From contig JBHGNT010000001.1 in NCBI GenBank assembly GCA_043228905.1, positions 10,168,001 through 10,232,000 of the forward strand: a DNA stretch of 64,000 nucleotides. The letters are read 5' to 3'. The DNA is from Azolla caroliniana (Eukaryota; Plantae; Polypodiophyta). Positions 1-14,038 of the stretch are shown here, one piece after another (the stretch's first letter is position 1; each line of letters begins with the position of its first letter). The notes under the pieces were generated by a model. The model ran no database searches. It saw only the letters and a list, made by a program, of their open reading frames with translations, and had not been told where the DNA came from. The position numbers and the translations under genes were made by a program.

Positions 1-1099
1 AGGTCAAGTGCAAGGCCTTTGCTTTAATTTTTTCATCATAAACTTGGGGGACAAGAGCTCATTTTGGTCATCAAACCAATAAGTGGAATCACAAGATGAG
101 GGAGGGTAAAATAAAAAGGTAAATTAACCAAAAGAGTTCATTACATATCTTGTCTTCCACTTATTCCAACACACATTGCATGCATGGAAACTAGACGTTG
201 TTGAATTCTTTCTCCTCTCGTTACGTCATCACGATTATGATTCACTTTAGCCATCATTGTTGTGATTTGTGATCATGGTGGTTAGGAAGTATTAGAGCTT
301 TAAAACTTTGTTGATTTGGAGGATCACCGCAAACTCATGCGTGCAAAAGGGGGGGGGGGGTGGGCAACACAATGTCTCAATGGACTTTTTGTGGTCGGGA
401 GATGATTGATTGTCATGACTCATGAGTGTTGGTTCCAAAGAAAATTGTAGAGTTATATGTGCTTATCCCTTTTGTTAGAGATACATTCTAATGTAAGCAA
501 AAAATAAGATGGGCATTTGTGTCAAATTTTAAGACAAGATAGATACATGTTCCGAACGATGGTTTTATGGATGGCATTTGTAGAGTGTGGGATGTTGTTA
601 AGTTGTTTTTTATCCATAGATGCCAATCTTCGAATGAAGAGCTGTTGTGGCAACCTTTGTTTTGTAGTTTTATTTTTTCTAATGACAAGGGTGTTTTGCT
701 TGGAAGTAGATCGCGGTGCAGTTACATTGGGCTCAATTGGATAATGGTATCGCTATTATGATAGCCTCTTGGGGAAATTATGTTTGTCATCTTCATAATT
801 CTTAGCTTGATGCTTCCATGTGTAGGGGTTTTAGATCTTATGTTCGATGCAATTTAGTTATCTTTAGGGAATTTTGTCTCTAATTGGTCACCTTCTTTTG
901 TGCATGTTTGGTTTGGATACTTTACTCCGTTTGGTGTTATTATAGGAGTAAAAGGAACAACATCTCAAGGAGATTGTTATTATTTTGATGTATTTGAGGA
1001 AGGACATTATATCAAGCTGGTGTTGAATCTTCGATTTGGCAAACGACATTGCAACAGCCGGTAAGAGTGGTTGGTAAGTCATGTTTAAGTTTAATTTTA

Positions 1100-2030
1100 G
1101 ATCCTTCTCCTTCTGATAGTATGTTATTTTGCCAACTATGGGTATTTAAAAAATAATCGTTCTGTGGACCTGTATTGGGATCCATCATATTATCTTTGGA
1201 ACCATCCATATTCTTCGTCTCAAACTTCATTTATTCAAAATTTCCATTATTCTATGAAGTTGGGATGAATGTTGCTCTTAAGTAAGAAATTGCATCCACC
1301 ATCCGCTATGAAAGTGTGATTGGCAAATGGAACCTCTTTAATGGATGCATCTAAATATTGGAAGTGGTTATGGAGTATGCAGATTCCTAAGAATATTGTA
1401 CTTTTTCTCCGGTTATTGATGCATTATGCATTACCGGTTCGGGCATGGTTATGGCAAATACATTGTAAATCGTGTGGATTTGGTTGTGGTTGTATGATGG
1501 AATCAATTAGGCATGTGTTGTGGTCTTGTCCTAAAAGTACGCAAGTATGAAATGGAGTTTTAAGGTTCCTGGTATTGATACATGCTAATTGTGTGATCAC
1601 TTGGGGTGCTGTTAGGTGGGGCATTCTAGATGGACAATTGTTGTTGTATGAAAAGGAGGACAAGGAGGATATAATGGAAGCCTTTCACATAGTTCCTCCT
1701 CATGTACAAATGGCTCAGCCTTTTCTGTTTGACAAGGTGCAAATTAGGGATGATATTATTTGGAAGACAAATTCATCTATTCTGATGTGGGTGATTTGGA
1801 AGACCCGATGTACATAAGTTTTTGACAATGTCACTCACGATGCTTCTGTTATAATTGCTGAATTCTAGTAACTTGTTGCTTATTCATTCATTACATGGCC
1901 AATATAAAAGTTTTATAGGTAATGTTGATGCTATATTCAGGAAGCAAATGCATTAAAAAAGGTTATGGGATTCAATGCTTGTTTTTAGGAAAGATGGAGA
2001 TTGCATAATATGAATGTATACTGTTCTCGA
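1100..2030 (+). mobile_element. Decayed L1-type LINE ORF2 3' fragment (zf-RVT region)
   Basis: ORFs 1320-1550 and 1575-1817 read WKWLWSMQIPK..LF..L.H.ALPV..W...C..C....ESIRHVLWSCP...WVIWKTRC, the zf-RVT/C-terminal pattern of plant L1. Stops are present and the boundaries are approximate. Confidence 0.75.
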
Positions 2031-2458
2031 CATTTTGGGATACAAGTCTACTAACTTTGTTTATGGATTGTGTTGTTATAGATGCTAGTGGTATAGGCTA
2101 CATTGCATGTTCATTTGCAAATTGGGAGGCAATGTCTACTAACTTTGTTTATGGATTTTGTTCGTTATAGATGCTAGTGGTATAGGCTACATTGCATGTT
2201 CATTTGCTTATTCATTTATTACATGGCCAATATAAAAGTTTTATAGGCAATGTTGATGCTATATTCAGGAAGTAAATGCATTAAAAAAGGTTATGGGATT
2301 CAATTCTCGTTTTTAGGAAAGATGGAGATTGCATAATATGAATGTATATTGTTCTCGACATTTTGGGATACAATGTCTACTAACTTTGTTTATGGATTGT
2401 GTTGTTATAGATGTTAGTGGTATAGGCTACATTGCATGTTCATTTGCAATTTGGGAGG
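1876..2458. repeat. Tandem duplication (~250 bp x2 with a ~75 bp partial copy between)
   Basis: 1876-2129 is near-identical to ~2203-2458; 2130-2205 repeats the end of the unit. Confidence 0.9.
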
Positions 2459-2655
2459 AGTAGACCACAATAATCTTGGAGATATGGTATACAAATATGT
2501 GTGGTTATAGTATATACACATCAAATCAACCATCATGTGAGTACAAGGTAATCGGTTGGTATATTCGTTTATCCAACACAACTTTTGTATGTCTTATGAT
2601 TTTATAATACCAAGGCAAATCTTTTTGTCAAAATAAAAGAAGAAGGAAATAGATC

Positions 2656-2659
<4 letters not shown>

Positions 2660-2717
<58 letters not shown>
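2660..2717. repeat. (GA)n microsatellite
   Basis: Seen directly. Other GA/CT/CA tracts lie at ~3622-3677, 25308-25343, 25897-25964 and 30968-31015. Confidence 0.95.
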
Positions 2718-2721
<4 letters not shown>

Positions 2722-3621
2722 AGGGTGTTGATCCACTCGACCACTCCTGAGTGAAGTGATCGAGACAAACTCAAGCCTTGAATGACATCCTATACCACCG
2801 TCTAGCATCAACTTGTACCTGGTACTAATGCACACACACCACAAGAGTTTGTTTAGCATGAGATCATAACCTCAATTTAGTCAAAATAATGTGTCAAATG
2901 AGTATAGTCAAGCCTCATATTTATAGCTAGACCCAAGGCCCCTAGGCAAGTTCTCATTTGGCCTTTAAGGGTTGTCTCAATTCTTGGGATTAAAAATAAT
3001 CCTCCATTCTTTACATTCTTGATTAACCCTCACACTCTCATATTTGTGTGTAGAAAACTACAGTTTTAACTACAATGGGATAAGTTATGATTATGTCCGT
3101 AATACCTCCCCAATGAGCGTATAGGTGCCACCATGACTAGGATGATCACCATTGCTAGAGTGTGGATAAAGTGGGCTAGCAGTGCTGATGGGGGGCAAAA
3201 GTTTCAAGGGGATAGGTGATGGCTAATTAGAAGTGGAGACTCACAGAATACACAATGCAATTGATAGCAAAACGACGTCATTGTAGTTTAATTCTCAATG
3301 GGGAAGTTAAGGATTGTACACAAAAGATATAAAACAACCAAAAAGAGAGAGAAATATATAAATACAACACCGCATTAACAAAAACATAAAGAGGGTTCAT
3401 GCGTCGGACACCAAGATGTGAAGAACCTGAAATTGCGAGACACAAAGCAAATAATCAAATAGCAAGAAATGAAGGGAGTACGAGAAGGAGAGAGAGGAAA
3501 GGAAAGCTTGGGGAGAGACGGGCGGACAAATCAATAACAAGAGTGAGTTAGGCGGACATTCTCAGGATTCGAACACACGACCTCTACCTCATAAGTCATA
3601 ATCATCATAATAACGATAAAA

Positions 3622-3678
<57 letters not shown>

Positions 3679-3948
3679 AAGCTATACTCCAACAACGCTT
3701 TCACAATAACTTTCTGTCTGGTTTCTCTAATTCTCCCTCTTTCCCTCCTATTCCGTCTCTTCGTTCCAACCCTAAATTAAATTCGTCTGACTGTCTGTCT
3801 GTCTGTCTGATTCCGTCTTCCACCGCACAAGAAAGACTTCTTCGACGAATCCCCCCCCCGCCCCCCCCCCCCCCCCCCCCCCTTCCCGCGCTCTGTCCTC
3901 CAAGAGGAGGAAGAAGAAGAATAAGAAGAAGCAGCAGATAAAGACGCC

Positions 3949-6504
3949 ATGCCTGGAAATCCTCAGTCCACAGTTTACATCGGTAAGTTACTTGAAAGAA
4001 TCGTTGATTTCTCCTTTTATTTATTGTTTCTTATTCCGTCTCTATTTATCGATGAATTTCTGCTGTTATTTTATATATGCTTATGGTTTGTTGCATAAAT
4101 CCCCCCCCCCCCCCCCCCCTTTGCCAGAGAAATTCGATGCATATATCTGATTTTTTTCTGCTCCTCCTGTTTTTCGATCAATTCTTCTGTTTTTCTCTTA
4201 TGTTTTTTTTTTGTGTGTAAAATTCATATTTTTGTTTCTCTCACGAATTCGTAATTTTTGTGTTCGATAGAGGAGCACATGTTCAAATCCGTGGCTTTGT
4301 AATACTGTAGCATTATCCGCTAAAATTTAGGATTTTTCATGTAAATTATTATCAAACCGAAAATCCTAGCGTTAATGTCTTTTCTAAGATCATTAATGTG
4401 GATCTATGACTTGTTAGTCCAAACAGTTAAGGTAAATTTTTGGTCAAGTAAGTACGTTCTCTTTTCAAGCTACTTCGCATTTTGAGAGAGAAAACCATAG
4501 CTTTAGTATCTGATATGAAGATAGAGTTGTGGATCTGTTGAGTCACACTCTACTGAATTAGGTTTTCCAATAAAACAAACTTAGGTCGAAGAATTTTCTT
4601 TATGTTCTGTGATTTCATGTTTCTTGAAGGAAAACTTGCCTTCGCCCCCTGTGTTCTTTCCGACCTCTATGCATTTCACTGCTCCACCAAAAATTCCCTC
4701 TGCCTCTACTGTACTCTAATGCAGTAGTTTCCACCACCTGTCTGGGGTAGCCTGGATTTTACGAAAGACTTAAAAGGATCTAGCTATAGATGCACAGTGT
4801 TTATGTCTGATATAGAAATCAATGTTGTAGACCAATGGCTTCTATTTATTTTTCTTTGAAATTGCAATTGGGTGTGTAAACCCTTGCTTTATTGTCATTG
4901 AAGATCAGAGTTGTAGATCTTTAAAGTTGTCAGCATAGAAGCATGGGTCGATAAACATAGGCTAGAAAGATTTTATTTCTGCACACATTTTGCTTGTAAT
5001 AACTCTTGCATTCCTTTTTGCTTTTACATGTTTGCATGTAAAATTTCTTTCATGCTTTCTTTTTCTTTTAGTGTCTGATGTGGAGTTGTAGATCCCATAA
5101 CTTCTAAGCTTCAGAAATTAAGGTTCATCCGATAGCAATTCAAGTCAAACAACTTTGTTTTTCATCATAATATTTGTAGTCATCATAATATTTGCCAAAT
5201 GTCTAAATTCGTAAACATCATGATACTTTCCAAAGCATTTAATTATCATGCTAATTGTCCTGATTACGAGCATCTTGGAGAGAGAATGAGAACTTGAGGG
5301 CAGTTGGCAAAGTAAAAAATGCTTAGGTAATTTCAGAGTTTCTCTCAAATGATTTTAACAATGGTCTGTATTGATCATCCAGCTCCATTTATCTACTCTA
5401 TATGGATTAATGATATTTTCTTATGTTTACGAGCAATTTAATTTCTGTGTTAGGTAACTTGGATGATAAGGTAGACGAGAGGGTTTTGTATGAGATCATG
5501 GTCCAAGCTGGGCCCCTGATAGATGTCTATTTGCCAAGAGACAAAGAAACTAAACGACACAAAGGGTATGGTTTTGCTGAATATACCTCTGAGATTAGTG
5601 CCCAATATGCTGTCAGTCTCTTCAGTGGCCTGGTTTTTCTTCAGAAGAAGTTGCTTCGGTTCTCGGTAGGTGCTAAAAGGATTTTTTTGAACACACTCTA
5701 AACATTTCATCTGGAATTAGATTCTACGGAAAAATTCTGAAAATTTCACTGCTTTTTTCATATTTACCAGAATACCTGCAAGTTTTTCAAACAGAATACT
5801 CTAGTAACCACCCCTCTTGTATTAAAGTTTGTGCAAGCAGGGAATATTCTGTTTTTTCTTTTGAAAGCTTAGGTGTATTCTCTTAAATACGGAACAAGCC
5901 AGCAGTATTCTGGTAAATATTAAACAAGCTAGAATTCCTTTCGGCCAAAAGTGGGCACTTTTGATGGAATCCCAGGATCCTTTTAATGGTGATTCCCAAT
6001 TGAAGATTAGCCCTTCAATGAACAATCTTAATTGAAGATTGGATCTAACATTTGTCCAATCTGTTTCTGAACATTTTGATGATGTTTTATGCAGATCTCT
6101 GGTCAAGACAAGCAAATTAATTCTCACGATAAGCATCGCCAGGAAATGTTATATAATAGCCCCCTAGAAACTAACCATCACTATCAGAGGAATAATTCCT
6201 TTCCTCCTGAAAGCTCATTTGGCAACTATCATTCTGTACCAGGTGATTTATTATCCATTTTTGGTAGATCTGTTTTGAAAAATATCAAAATTCCTATAAG
6301 TCTTCAGATTTGTTCTTTTTTTAATTGTAAAGGTTTGATTGATTTGCAGTCGATAATGGATTCTCAGGTCCTGGTCAAAGACTGAAATTTTCTCCCCTCT
6401 CCCATGCCCAGAGTTACAATGCTCGAATAGTCTCTCTTGGGCAAGCTGGATTGAGGACACATACTCACAATCAGGAATATTCATATTCTCAGGGGTACTA
6501 TTAG
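3949..6504 (+). CDS. RBM7: RRM protein, RBM7-like (NEXT/nuclear exosome cofactor family)
   Basis: Exons 3949-3982, 5454-5665, 6095-6242 and 6350-6504, all GT-AG and phase-compatible. Protein MPGNPQSTVYIGNLDDKVDERVLYEIMVQAGPLIDVYLPRDKETKRHKGYGFAEY...VSLFSGLV...LRFSISGQDK has RNP2 VYIGNL and RNP1 KGYGFAEY, and resembles plant RBM7 as I recall it. The last exon is less certain. Confidence 0.85.
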
Positions 6505-7324
6505 AACATCTTTGAGAATTTGTCTTCTTTAGAAGGAAAGTAGATTAATGGGCTGTATTCTATAGGTCTGACAATACTCACGTTGCCCGCTATAGGCCAG
6601 TGTTTACTGATGCTCAACTTTCTATTTAGATCTGAAGATTACATTTAGATCTGGATAGAAAGCTCTAGATACCATTTCAACTGTATGTATGCTATCACTT
6701 TCGTTGTGTTTTATCGTTGAATTCAGAGGTGGGCGCACCTTTAACTAATGTAATCATGGAATATTAGTACCAACTTCGCTTCTACACAGTTGAGGAGGTT
6801 TTAACCCTTCCTATATGCCAACTTTTTCATATTTATGAAAATAGGCCTCACTTTGCATTTTGAAGAAGGTACTGAGGACTAAACCAAAAGGTGAAAAGGC
6901 TCCAGCCAATAAAGAGGTATGTACCTTAATGCTACATACTGAGCATTTTTATGGGAATTCGCTAAATTCTATGCTACTTGCTACGAAATGTGAAGTCTTT
7001 CAATCTCAAATTTGTCGGTTTGTTGTTTGCTTAGAGAAGCTTGAGCTTCTTTTAATCATGCTAAGCCTTTACATGGGATCTATGAGATCCAGTAATGATT
7101 GAGTAATGGCCATAAAAATGAGGGTCTTGACAAAGTGCTGCCTTAAGTGCTCTTGTGGTGGCACTGGAGAAAGCTTAAAAGTAGATGCAGATCCTGGGAT
7201 CATCCAAATACATATTTTTCTTTCTTATCACCTATGGCCTTGAGGTGAGCATTAGTATTACCATATCATATATTCACCCTTAATTATTGTTCCTTGAGGT
7301 CACATGGGTACCTCTCTTGGGAGA

Positions 7325-7465
7325 GTCATGAAGGTACTAGATCACCTTGCCTAAAGTGGTTAATAGTTCATAATCTGTGCACACTACTATCGGAGGGTCA
7401 TAAAGGTACTAGGAAATCACCTTGCCTAAAGTAGTTAATAGTTCATAATCCATGCACACTACTAT
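7325..7465. repeat. Short tandem duplication (~70 bp x2)
   Basis: gtcat.aaggtactag..atcaccttgcctaaagt.gttaatagttcataatc..tgcacactactat occurs twice. Confidence 0.85.
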
Positions 7466-9349
7466 TGAATTAATGCCCTAATAGTATGTATGTCAAAAGT
7501 GGTCACCTTTTGTGTTTCCGGGACATCCTAGCCTTCCTGCTTCTATGACCTTGGGTTGGAAGATAATATAAGAAATACTTATTTTTACACATCTATTTCA
7601 ACTCTTTTATGGAATCAGTGTGTGGATTTGTGATCTAGCATTTCCTAATTAGGCTTTGTGTTAATTCAGTTGAAGCCTTCAAAAGTTTCTCTTTTCAGGC
7701 ATTTTAATAGCCTAGTAGCAATAGCCTAGTAGCTCTTACCAAAAGATCCCTTTCACAGCTAGTGTAAGAACGTACAAAATGGCCTCCACAAATGTAGCGT
7801 GTAGTGTCACTATATTTTCCCAAAGCATTTACACTTTTTAAGCTGACATAGGTAGACTCAAAATATATAGAATTCAAAGATGAAGACACCTGCATGGAAG
7901 TTGATAAATATACTATGTCAACTATTTTGTCAGGAATATTACATTCATCTCGCCTTGCAATTGGAGAAGAATCTAGTCTAATAAAATAGCATAAACAGTT
8001 TCATTTTTGGTTTTAGGGTGGGTTCTGACCTTTTTACTGACCTTGCCTTGGACAAGAAAGTGAACTTTGAGCTTTCTCTTCTATTCCTAACATGGCTATG
8101 GATTGAAATGTTAGGCTTTTTTAAGTGTAGAGGTAAACATCCCCATCTCTCTCTATTTAGGAGGTGCGATCATTATAAAGCCCTTCTTGTGAAAATTCTA
8201 CAAAATAGGCCATCCACTTTCTTTAGTGGTTTGTGGGCGTTCTGGCATTTTTGCTGCCAACCTTGCTTTGAAAGGCCACAAATTAGCCCGAACCTTCCAC
8301 TTCAACTTCCAACTGGCTTATGGCAGCCATGCATAAAAGTTAGACTCAAAGTCAGGACTTGGTTATAGATGCTATTGCATTGAAATATACATTGGGAATG
8401 GTTTAAGGTGAAACTATATGATTAAGAACCTCTACCATGTGAGTATTGTTCAAAAGGTCAAGGTAATATGCTTGAACAGTAAGTGAGCCTCAAGTTGAAC
8501 TTGTGAAAGTTGCATCCTTTCCTCAAAAGCGTTATCCACTATCCAGATGGGATTGGCATCACTGTAAAGCACCTCTATAGGTTGCGAAATGGAAGCCTCT
8601 TTCATTTTGTTTTTTTTAGACATTTCTAGGGATGTTCGACTATTGTTTGTGGCAAGGGGACTGGTTTGCCTCCACTAGATGAGGTCAACCCTCCACTGGA
8701 TGAGCAGGTAAGTAAACAATGTATATACTAAAACGAGTATAACTTGAAGATGAGGACTGCATGTGGATGAGGTAGGAGTTCATTGGTATTGTTTTGGGCG
8801 TAAATTGGTATATAATAAGCCTTTTGTGTTTAGTCTGCAAAGAAGCAGTTTAGTGAGCGTGTTTCACATGCAATGCCTTAGTATATTTATTATATTTGAT
8901 CTAATTACAAAATCAGGTGTATCACAGTTACTTAAATTCTCTGCCAAATTGCATGTGCAAGTTCATTACCTTGCCCCAGTTATACATGTAAACATGCTGC
9001 TATGTGACATATGAACCCACAAGACCATGCTATGTCTACCTAATACAAGCAATTATCAGTGTGCTTCACATTTTGAACTTGAGTTCATATATAGCAAAGC
9101 TCAAAGGATAAATGGTGATTAAGAGGAATACATAAGGATTGCAAATCTGATGGACACACAATTGTGAATAATTGAGAAAAAAAATGTGAAAAAACTTCTT
9201 TTTAAATGACTTTAAGGAATTTTCATATGCATCCAAACGAACACACAATTGTCAATAGTTGAGAACGAAAATGTGGGCAAACTTTTTTTTAAAATAATAC
9301 AGCATGACTTTAAGGACTTTTCACCTTACGAAAGATACAAGGAATTATT

Positions 9350-12050
9350 TTAAGGCTTTAAATTTTTTGCCATTACAGGCTTTGAAAACTTTGCATGTAT
9401 CCAAACCCGCTTCATTGGCAGTGCTTTTTGACGATTTTTCAACAGTACACAACAAAATGAAATGTCCTCCTGGACAAATTTCATACAAGTAACAAATGAG
9501 TGATTAATGATTATGCAGTGTATCTCAAAGATATCCACATTAAAGTAAAACATGCAGCTTACCTTGACAAACCCTTGTTGGGTGAAGAGATCACATAGAA
9601 CTTCTTGACTGAAGAAATACGAGAGTGTGCCATCACCCCGTTGGAAGAGATGCTCCCCAACTCTCTGAGCAGGAGAAAACCTCAACATAGTCATGTCATA
9701 CAAGCCTGGGAAAATGATATCTGTTGTGTTAATTTTGATTAAATACACATATACAGGCAGCTCTAGAAAGTATATATTATGGATGTGGAAAAATACAGTA
9801 CAACAAAACAGAAAATATTTTGCTCACCGTAATCTCGAAAAAGTACTAACCCCCCTGGTTTAAGTGCTTTGAAACATTCTTTTATAACATGTCTCATATC
9901 ACAAGGAGGAATAGAAGATAGAGTGAAAATCTGCAAAATCATGATACAACAGAAAAATGAGCATCATAATTCTTATTATTCATGTGATGTTTTCAGTAAA
10001 AACTATGTGGGTTCCAGCTATAAACAGATGACTAATAGACACCACATTGGACATTACAGTGTACCAGTAATCAAGCTTCGATAACCTGGATCAAAAAATA
10101 GTTTAACGTTTGAAATATACTCTAATGGCACACAAACTACCAACATCTCCCACAAACTGGAATAGTAATTGCATGCATTGTTAACCTTTACCTAAATTAA
10201 AAATCATTATTTGCCATATTGATTACAATATCTAAAGTACAATGATTCATGACGATAAAGAGGATCTTCCCATTCATCAGTTGCTTTTGCTACTTCACAG
10301 TTTAGTGTCTTCATTGAATTCATCAAATCTCCAGAATTTCCAGAAACAACAAAGACCGGCACTAAAAAATGAGTAAAAAGCATGATATGAAGTAAATCAA
10401 AATAATGGTTCTGATCTCTCACCATCATAACAATGTCAACACCACCAAGACATGAGAATGGCGTCATATTCCAGTTTGCTGCTGGTGGTGGATTCATATT
10501 AGTACCATCTTCAATCAATAAAACATCTGAATTATTTCTGCATGACGAATAGTGTAGCCATGTTGGAAGACACTGAGTTGAGATATCACAATGAAATGGA
10601 AAAAATCGGCATTTCGCCTCTGATGAAATGGCATTAGATACTAATTCTTTTGCTGTTTCCAATGCAGATTCACAGCAATCACAAGCATAGACAATGGCCT
10701 TGTTGTTGGCCCTGTCATACAATAACATTGTCAATAATTTGTCAAAATTCACATAATTTCTCTCCCAATCCATTGGTATTGAGATTCTAATTGTGGCATG
10801 TTTTGTTAGTGTTGAATATATATATGTATATATATGTATGTATGTATGTATATATATTACCTTATCACAGGAAGTGCTGAGCTTCCAGTCCCACAGCCAA
10901 TCTCTAACACTGTTAACTCTTTGTCAGAAGATAGTAATTCTGGAAATTCTTTTACCAAATATCGCCGTTCCTGCTTCAGTTTACTTATTAGTTAGATATA
11001 TCTTGTGCTATACTTTGTGCAGGTCCATTTTTAATAGAAATACCCTACAAAGTCAATCTTGCAGAAAATACCAACTTGAAACATTCAATCTGTATGGGTT
11101 TCCATTGCTCACTTTGTCTGAGCCTGAAATAGAGTTTCAATCCAAGTTAATCAGCATTCGGATAATTCTCTGGTTTTCCTCTTGTGTGAGTTTCATCATG
11201 TTCAAAGTATTTTGTCATATAATATGGCAACTTAAAATGCATGTGGCTTTAATTACACTAAACAGTAGAGCTAGAAGCATTGCAATATGCATTCTTTACG
11301 TTTTCATTGCTATTATATCATGGAAAACTAGTCAAGTTTATCTTCCCTTTTCTTTATACTATGTTGGAAACAACACTAAAGAAGACATGCACCATATGCC
11401 ATCCTCATCAATTTCATATAATTCTACATCATCATCATATTACATCAATATCATCATCATTTCATATCAGCAAACTATAAAATTGTCTCACACCCATATC
11501 ATCATCATCAATTTAGTGGATACATTATTGCATAGCAACATTAACGAGGCAGAATAAAATCTCTACGTAGATAGATCTACTGCATTTAAACCCTAGAACA
11601 TACAAAATGACTGACCTTAAAGAATGTATGCTTTGCATGAATCCGATGGAAGCGATTCCAAGCTTCAACAGTACACTCTTTTCCAAAGTTCTGGGTAGAA
11701 ACTAACGTGGTTTCTGATACCTAAAACGACGAGAGAGAGAGAGAGAGACGTTTTGTCTTTATTCAGATTAAAAATGAGGACACACCTAAAATGAAGAGGA
11801 AAAAGAACAATAAATTGTGTCTTGGATTATATCTTATTTCCTGCTATAAAAACCAGTGAAAGAGTAAAACGAACACAGACCTACACAGAACACAAAACAA
11901 AAAACAAGTTTTTGTTCGTGAAAGAACAGAAGATACCTTGGATTCTTCTATTTCATCTCTCAGATCTTCCCAAACGAAATCTTGTGAGAAGTAATTTCCG
12001 GCTACGGCAGCCTTCGGGATTGCTGTTACTCCTTCTACTACTTCTTGCAT
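9350..12050 (-). CDS. tRNA 3-methylcytidine methyltransferase, METTL6/METTL2/Trm140-like
   Basis: Exons 12050-11937, 11720-11616, 10970-10861, 10711-10423, 9930-9828, 9705-9563 and 9469-9350 are phase-consistent. Motifs: AWNRFHRIH..FFK|ERRYLVKEFPEL, VLEIGCGTG (SAM motif I), IFTLSSI, LKPGGLVLFRDYG|LYDMTMLRF, RGDGTLSYFF, KRVWIHAKF. Confidence 0.9.
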
Positions 12051-12139
12051 ATTCTTTCTCTCTGTCTCTGTCTTCCTGTCGCTGAGGCTGTACACAGAAA
12101 GATGAACCTTTGATCTCTGATGTAACAATGGTTTTGGTA

Positions 12140-12628
12140 AATTTGCAAAACTACCCCCCTCATGCATCTCAAAATCTCAAACATATCCTGTGGCTTGAGG
12201 ACACTGAGAGATTCTGGAGAGACGATTGGTCGCTCCATCTTTCGCGTATACACGCAGATGGTTTGCGATAACATCATCAGTCGGATGGGAAATTTGCTAC
12301 ACTACCCCTCTTGCTTCTCAAAATCTTAAACATATCCTGTGGCTTGAGGACACAGAGAGATTCTGGAGAGATGATTGGTCGCTCCATCTTTCACGTAGAT
12401 GTTTTGCAATAACATCATCGGTCGGATGGGAAATTTGGCAAACTACCCCTCATGGATCTCAAAATCTCAAACACATCCTGTGGCATGAGGACACAGAGAG
12501 ATTTTGGAGAGACTATTGGTCGCTCCATCTTTCACGTATACACGCAGATGGTTTGCGATAACATCATCCGTCGGATGGGAAATTTGCTACACTACCCCTC
12601 TTGCTTCTCAAAATCTCAAACATATCCC
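12140..12628. repeat. Tandem array of ~140-151 bp units (3 full + 1 partial) upstream of the METTL6-like start codon
   Basis: Units begin aaatttg(c/g) at ~12140, 12291, 12431 and 12579 and are highly similar. Confidence 0.9.
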
Positions 12629-12949
12629 CTGCTTGCTTGTTGTTGGCAAATAACATTAGATGAGATCTCCCTAATCAGAGTTTTATTTATTGCATTCTTG
12701 TTGCTCAAGCCAACCACACTAATGTTAACTATACCATAGAAGAATTTCCATGTTCAAGGGGTTTTAATTTAAATTAAATGGCTAATATGCAAAAGGCATA
12801 TTTTTTTTCAAAATAAAAAAGACTACTTCACATTAGTTAGCAAACAAAGTACATCAAAACTGACAAATTTCAACAAAATTCACTCCGGTCTTCTCACCAA
12901 AGTGATCATAGTCCCCACCCCCTCATTTACAACAAAAGTATCCCATCAA

Positions 12950-13330
12950 CTCTTTTAACATGGTAACTACCTTGTAACACAACTATACATATTTACAACT
13001 CTTGGTCACTAACGGAAGCCATTGGCGGAAACAACCATCTAGGTGCTTTTGTAGTTCCATTTAGGCCCTGATGATGATCTGTCTACCATAGGAGAATTGC
13101 CCCATTTCAGCAGAAACTTTGACCGAACTTTTTTTGCTTCATCCAATTCCCCCTTAATCGAATTGTACCGTCCCCGCAGCCAAGATACTAGGTCAAACCA
13201 TATGTTTAACAACACCTCACCGCTTGGGAGCTTGTGTTGTTGAAAAACAAACTTACAACGCTTGGTCCAAATGTGCCAAACCGTTAAGCAAGTCACCATC
13301 ATCCATATCACTAGCATATACATTGTTAAA
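12950..13330 (-). mobile_element. L1 LINE 3' fragment
   Basis: VWHIWTKRCKFVF...WLRGRY...FLLKW...KWNYK.PRWLFPP is homologous to the L1 ends at 15125-15409 and 21908-22108. Confidence 0.65.
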
Positions 13331-14038
13331 TAAGTAATGAAAAGTTTAAGATGCCAATACAATTCAAATGTGGCAAACCGAAAAACATCGAGAATAATCC
13401 AAATAAAATAGTTGTGACGCGTGTGGAGTTCATTTGGTGGCATGGATTTATTATATATGATATCTAGTTTAAAAAGGCATTAGATTATACGTTGCATCCA
13501 ACATATGTATACCAATGTTTCATCGATATCATAAGTGACAAAGAACATGCAACTTGGACAAAAAAGAAACTGAATGGTACATTATATGGGTTACTTAAGT
13601 CAACATTACATTCAAAATCATGGACAAATTTGAGCCTTTGATCAAAGAGTGACAAAATAATGCAAATTTTCATCAAAGATATCTTATCATGTCCATTTGA
13701 CAAAAGAAACACGAATAGAGCATACTTTATTTGATATACATATATACACATTGCATGTCAATTTGCTTTTCTTCCTCTTATTCAAAAAATCGGTTTACAC
13801 AATATGTTGTCTCACCCAATGCAAAAGTCATTTGTTCAATATCTTTCCAAAAAACTTAGGAATAAGCTACCACCACCATTATACAAGCTTCTCTAGCAAG
13901 CCCAAAGAACTTTTTCTTCTTTTTCTATTTTCTAAAGCTCAAGCAATTATGGTTAGCAATTGACTCTACTTCAAACACGAGCACAAGCCACAAAACCTTG
14001 CCAATTTTACTCATAAATCTAGCAACATTACAAAGCTT

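Noticed and set aside
3555-3597. tRNA-like fragment (minus strand: cttatgag...ggtcgtgtgttcgaatcc)
   Set aside because: Only an anticodon-loop/T-arm-like half is present, with no D-arm, A box or acceptor stem. At most a relic. The same applies to ~59441-59464 in the Gypsy LTR.
3851-4119. Poly-C runs as G-quadruplex elements
   Set aside because: Homopolymer lengths are unreliable and there is no further support.
10793-11557. 254 aa plus-strand ORF
   Set aside because: It is antisense to METTL6-like exon 3 and its introns, is low complexity, and has no motif.
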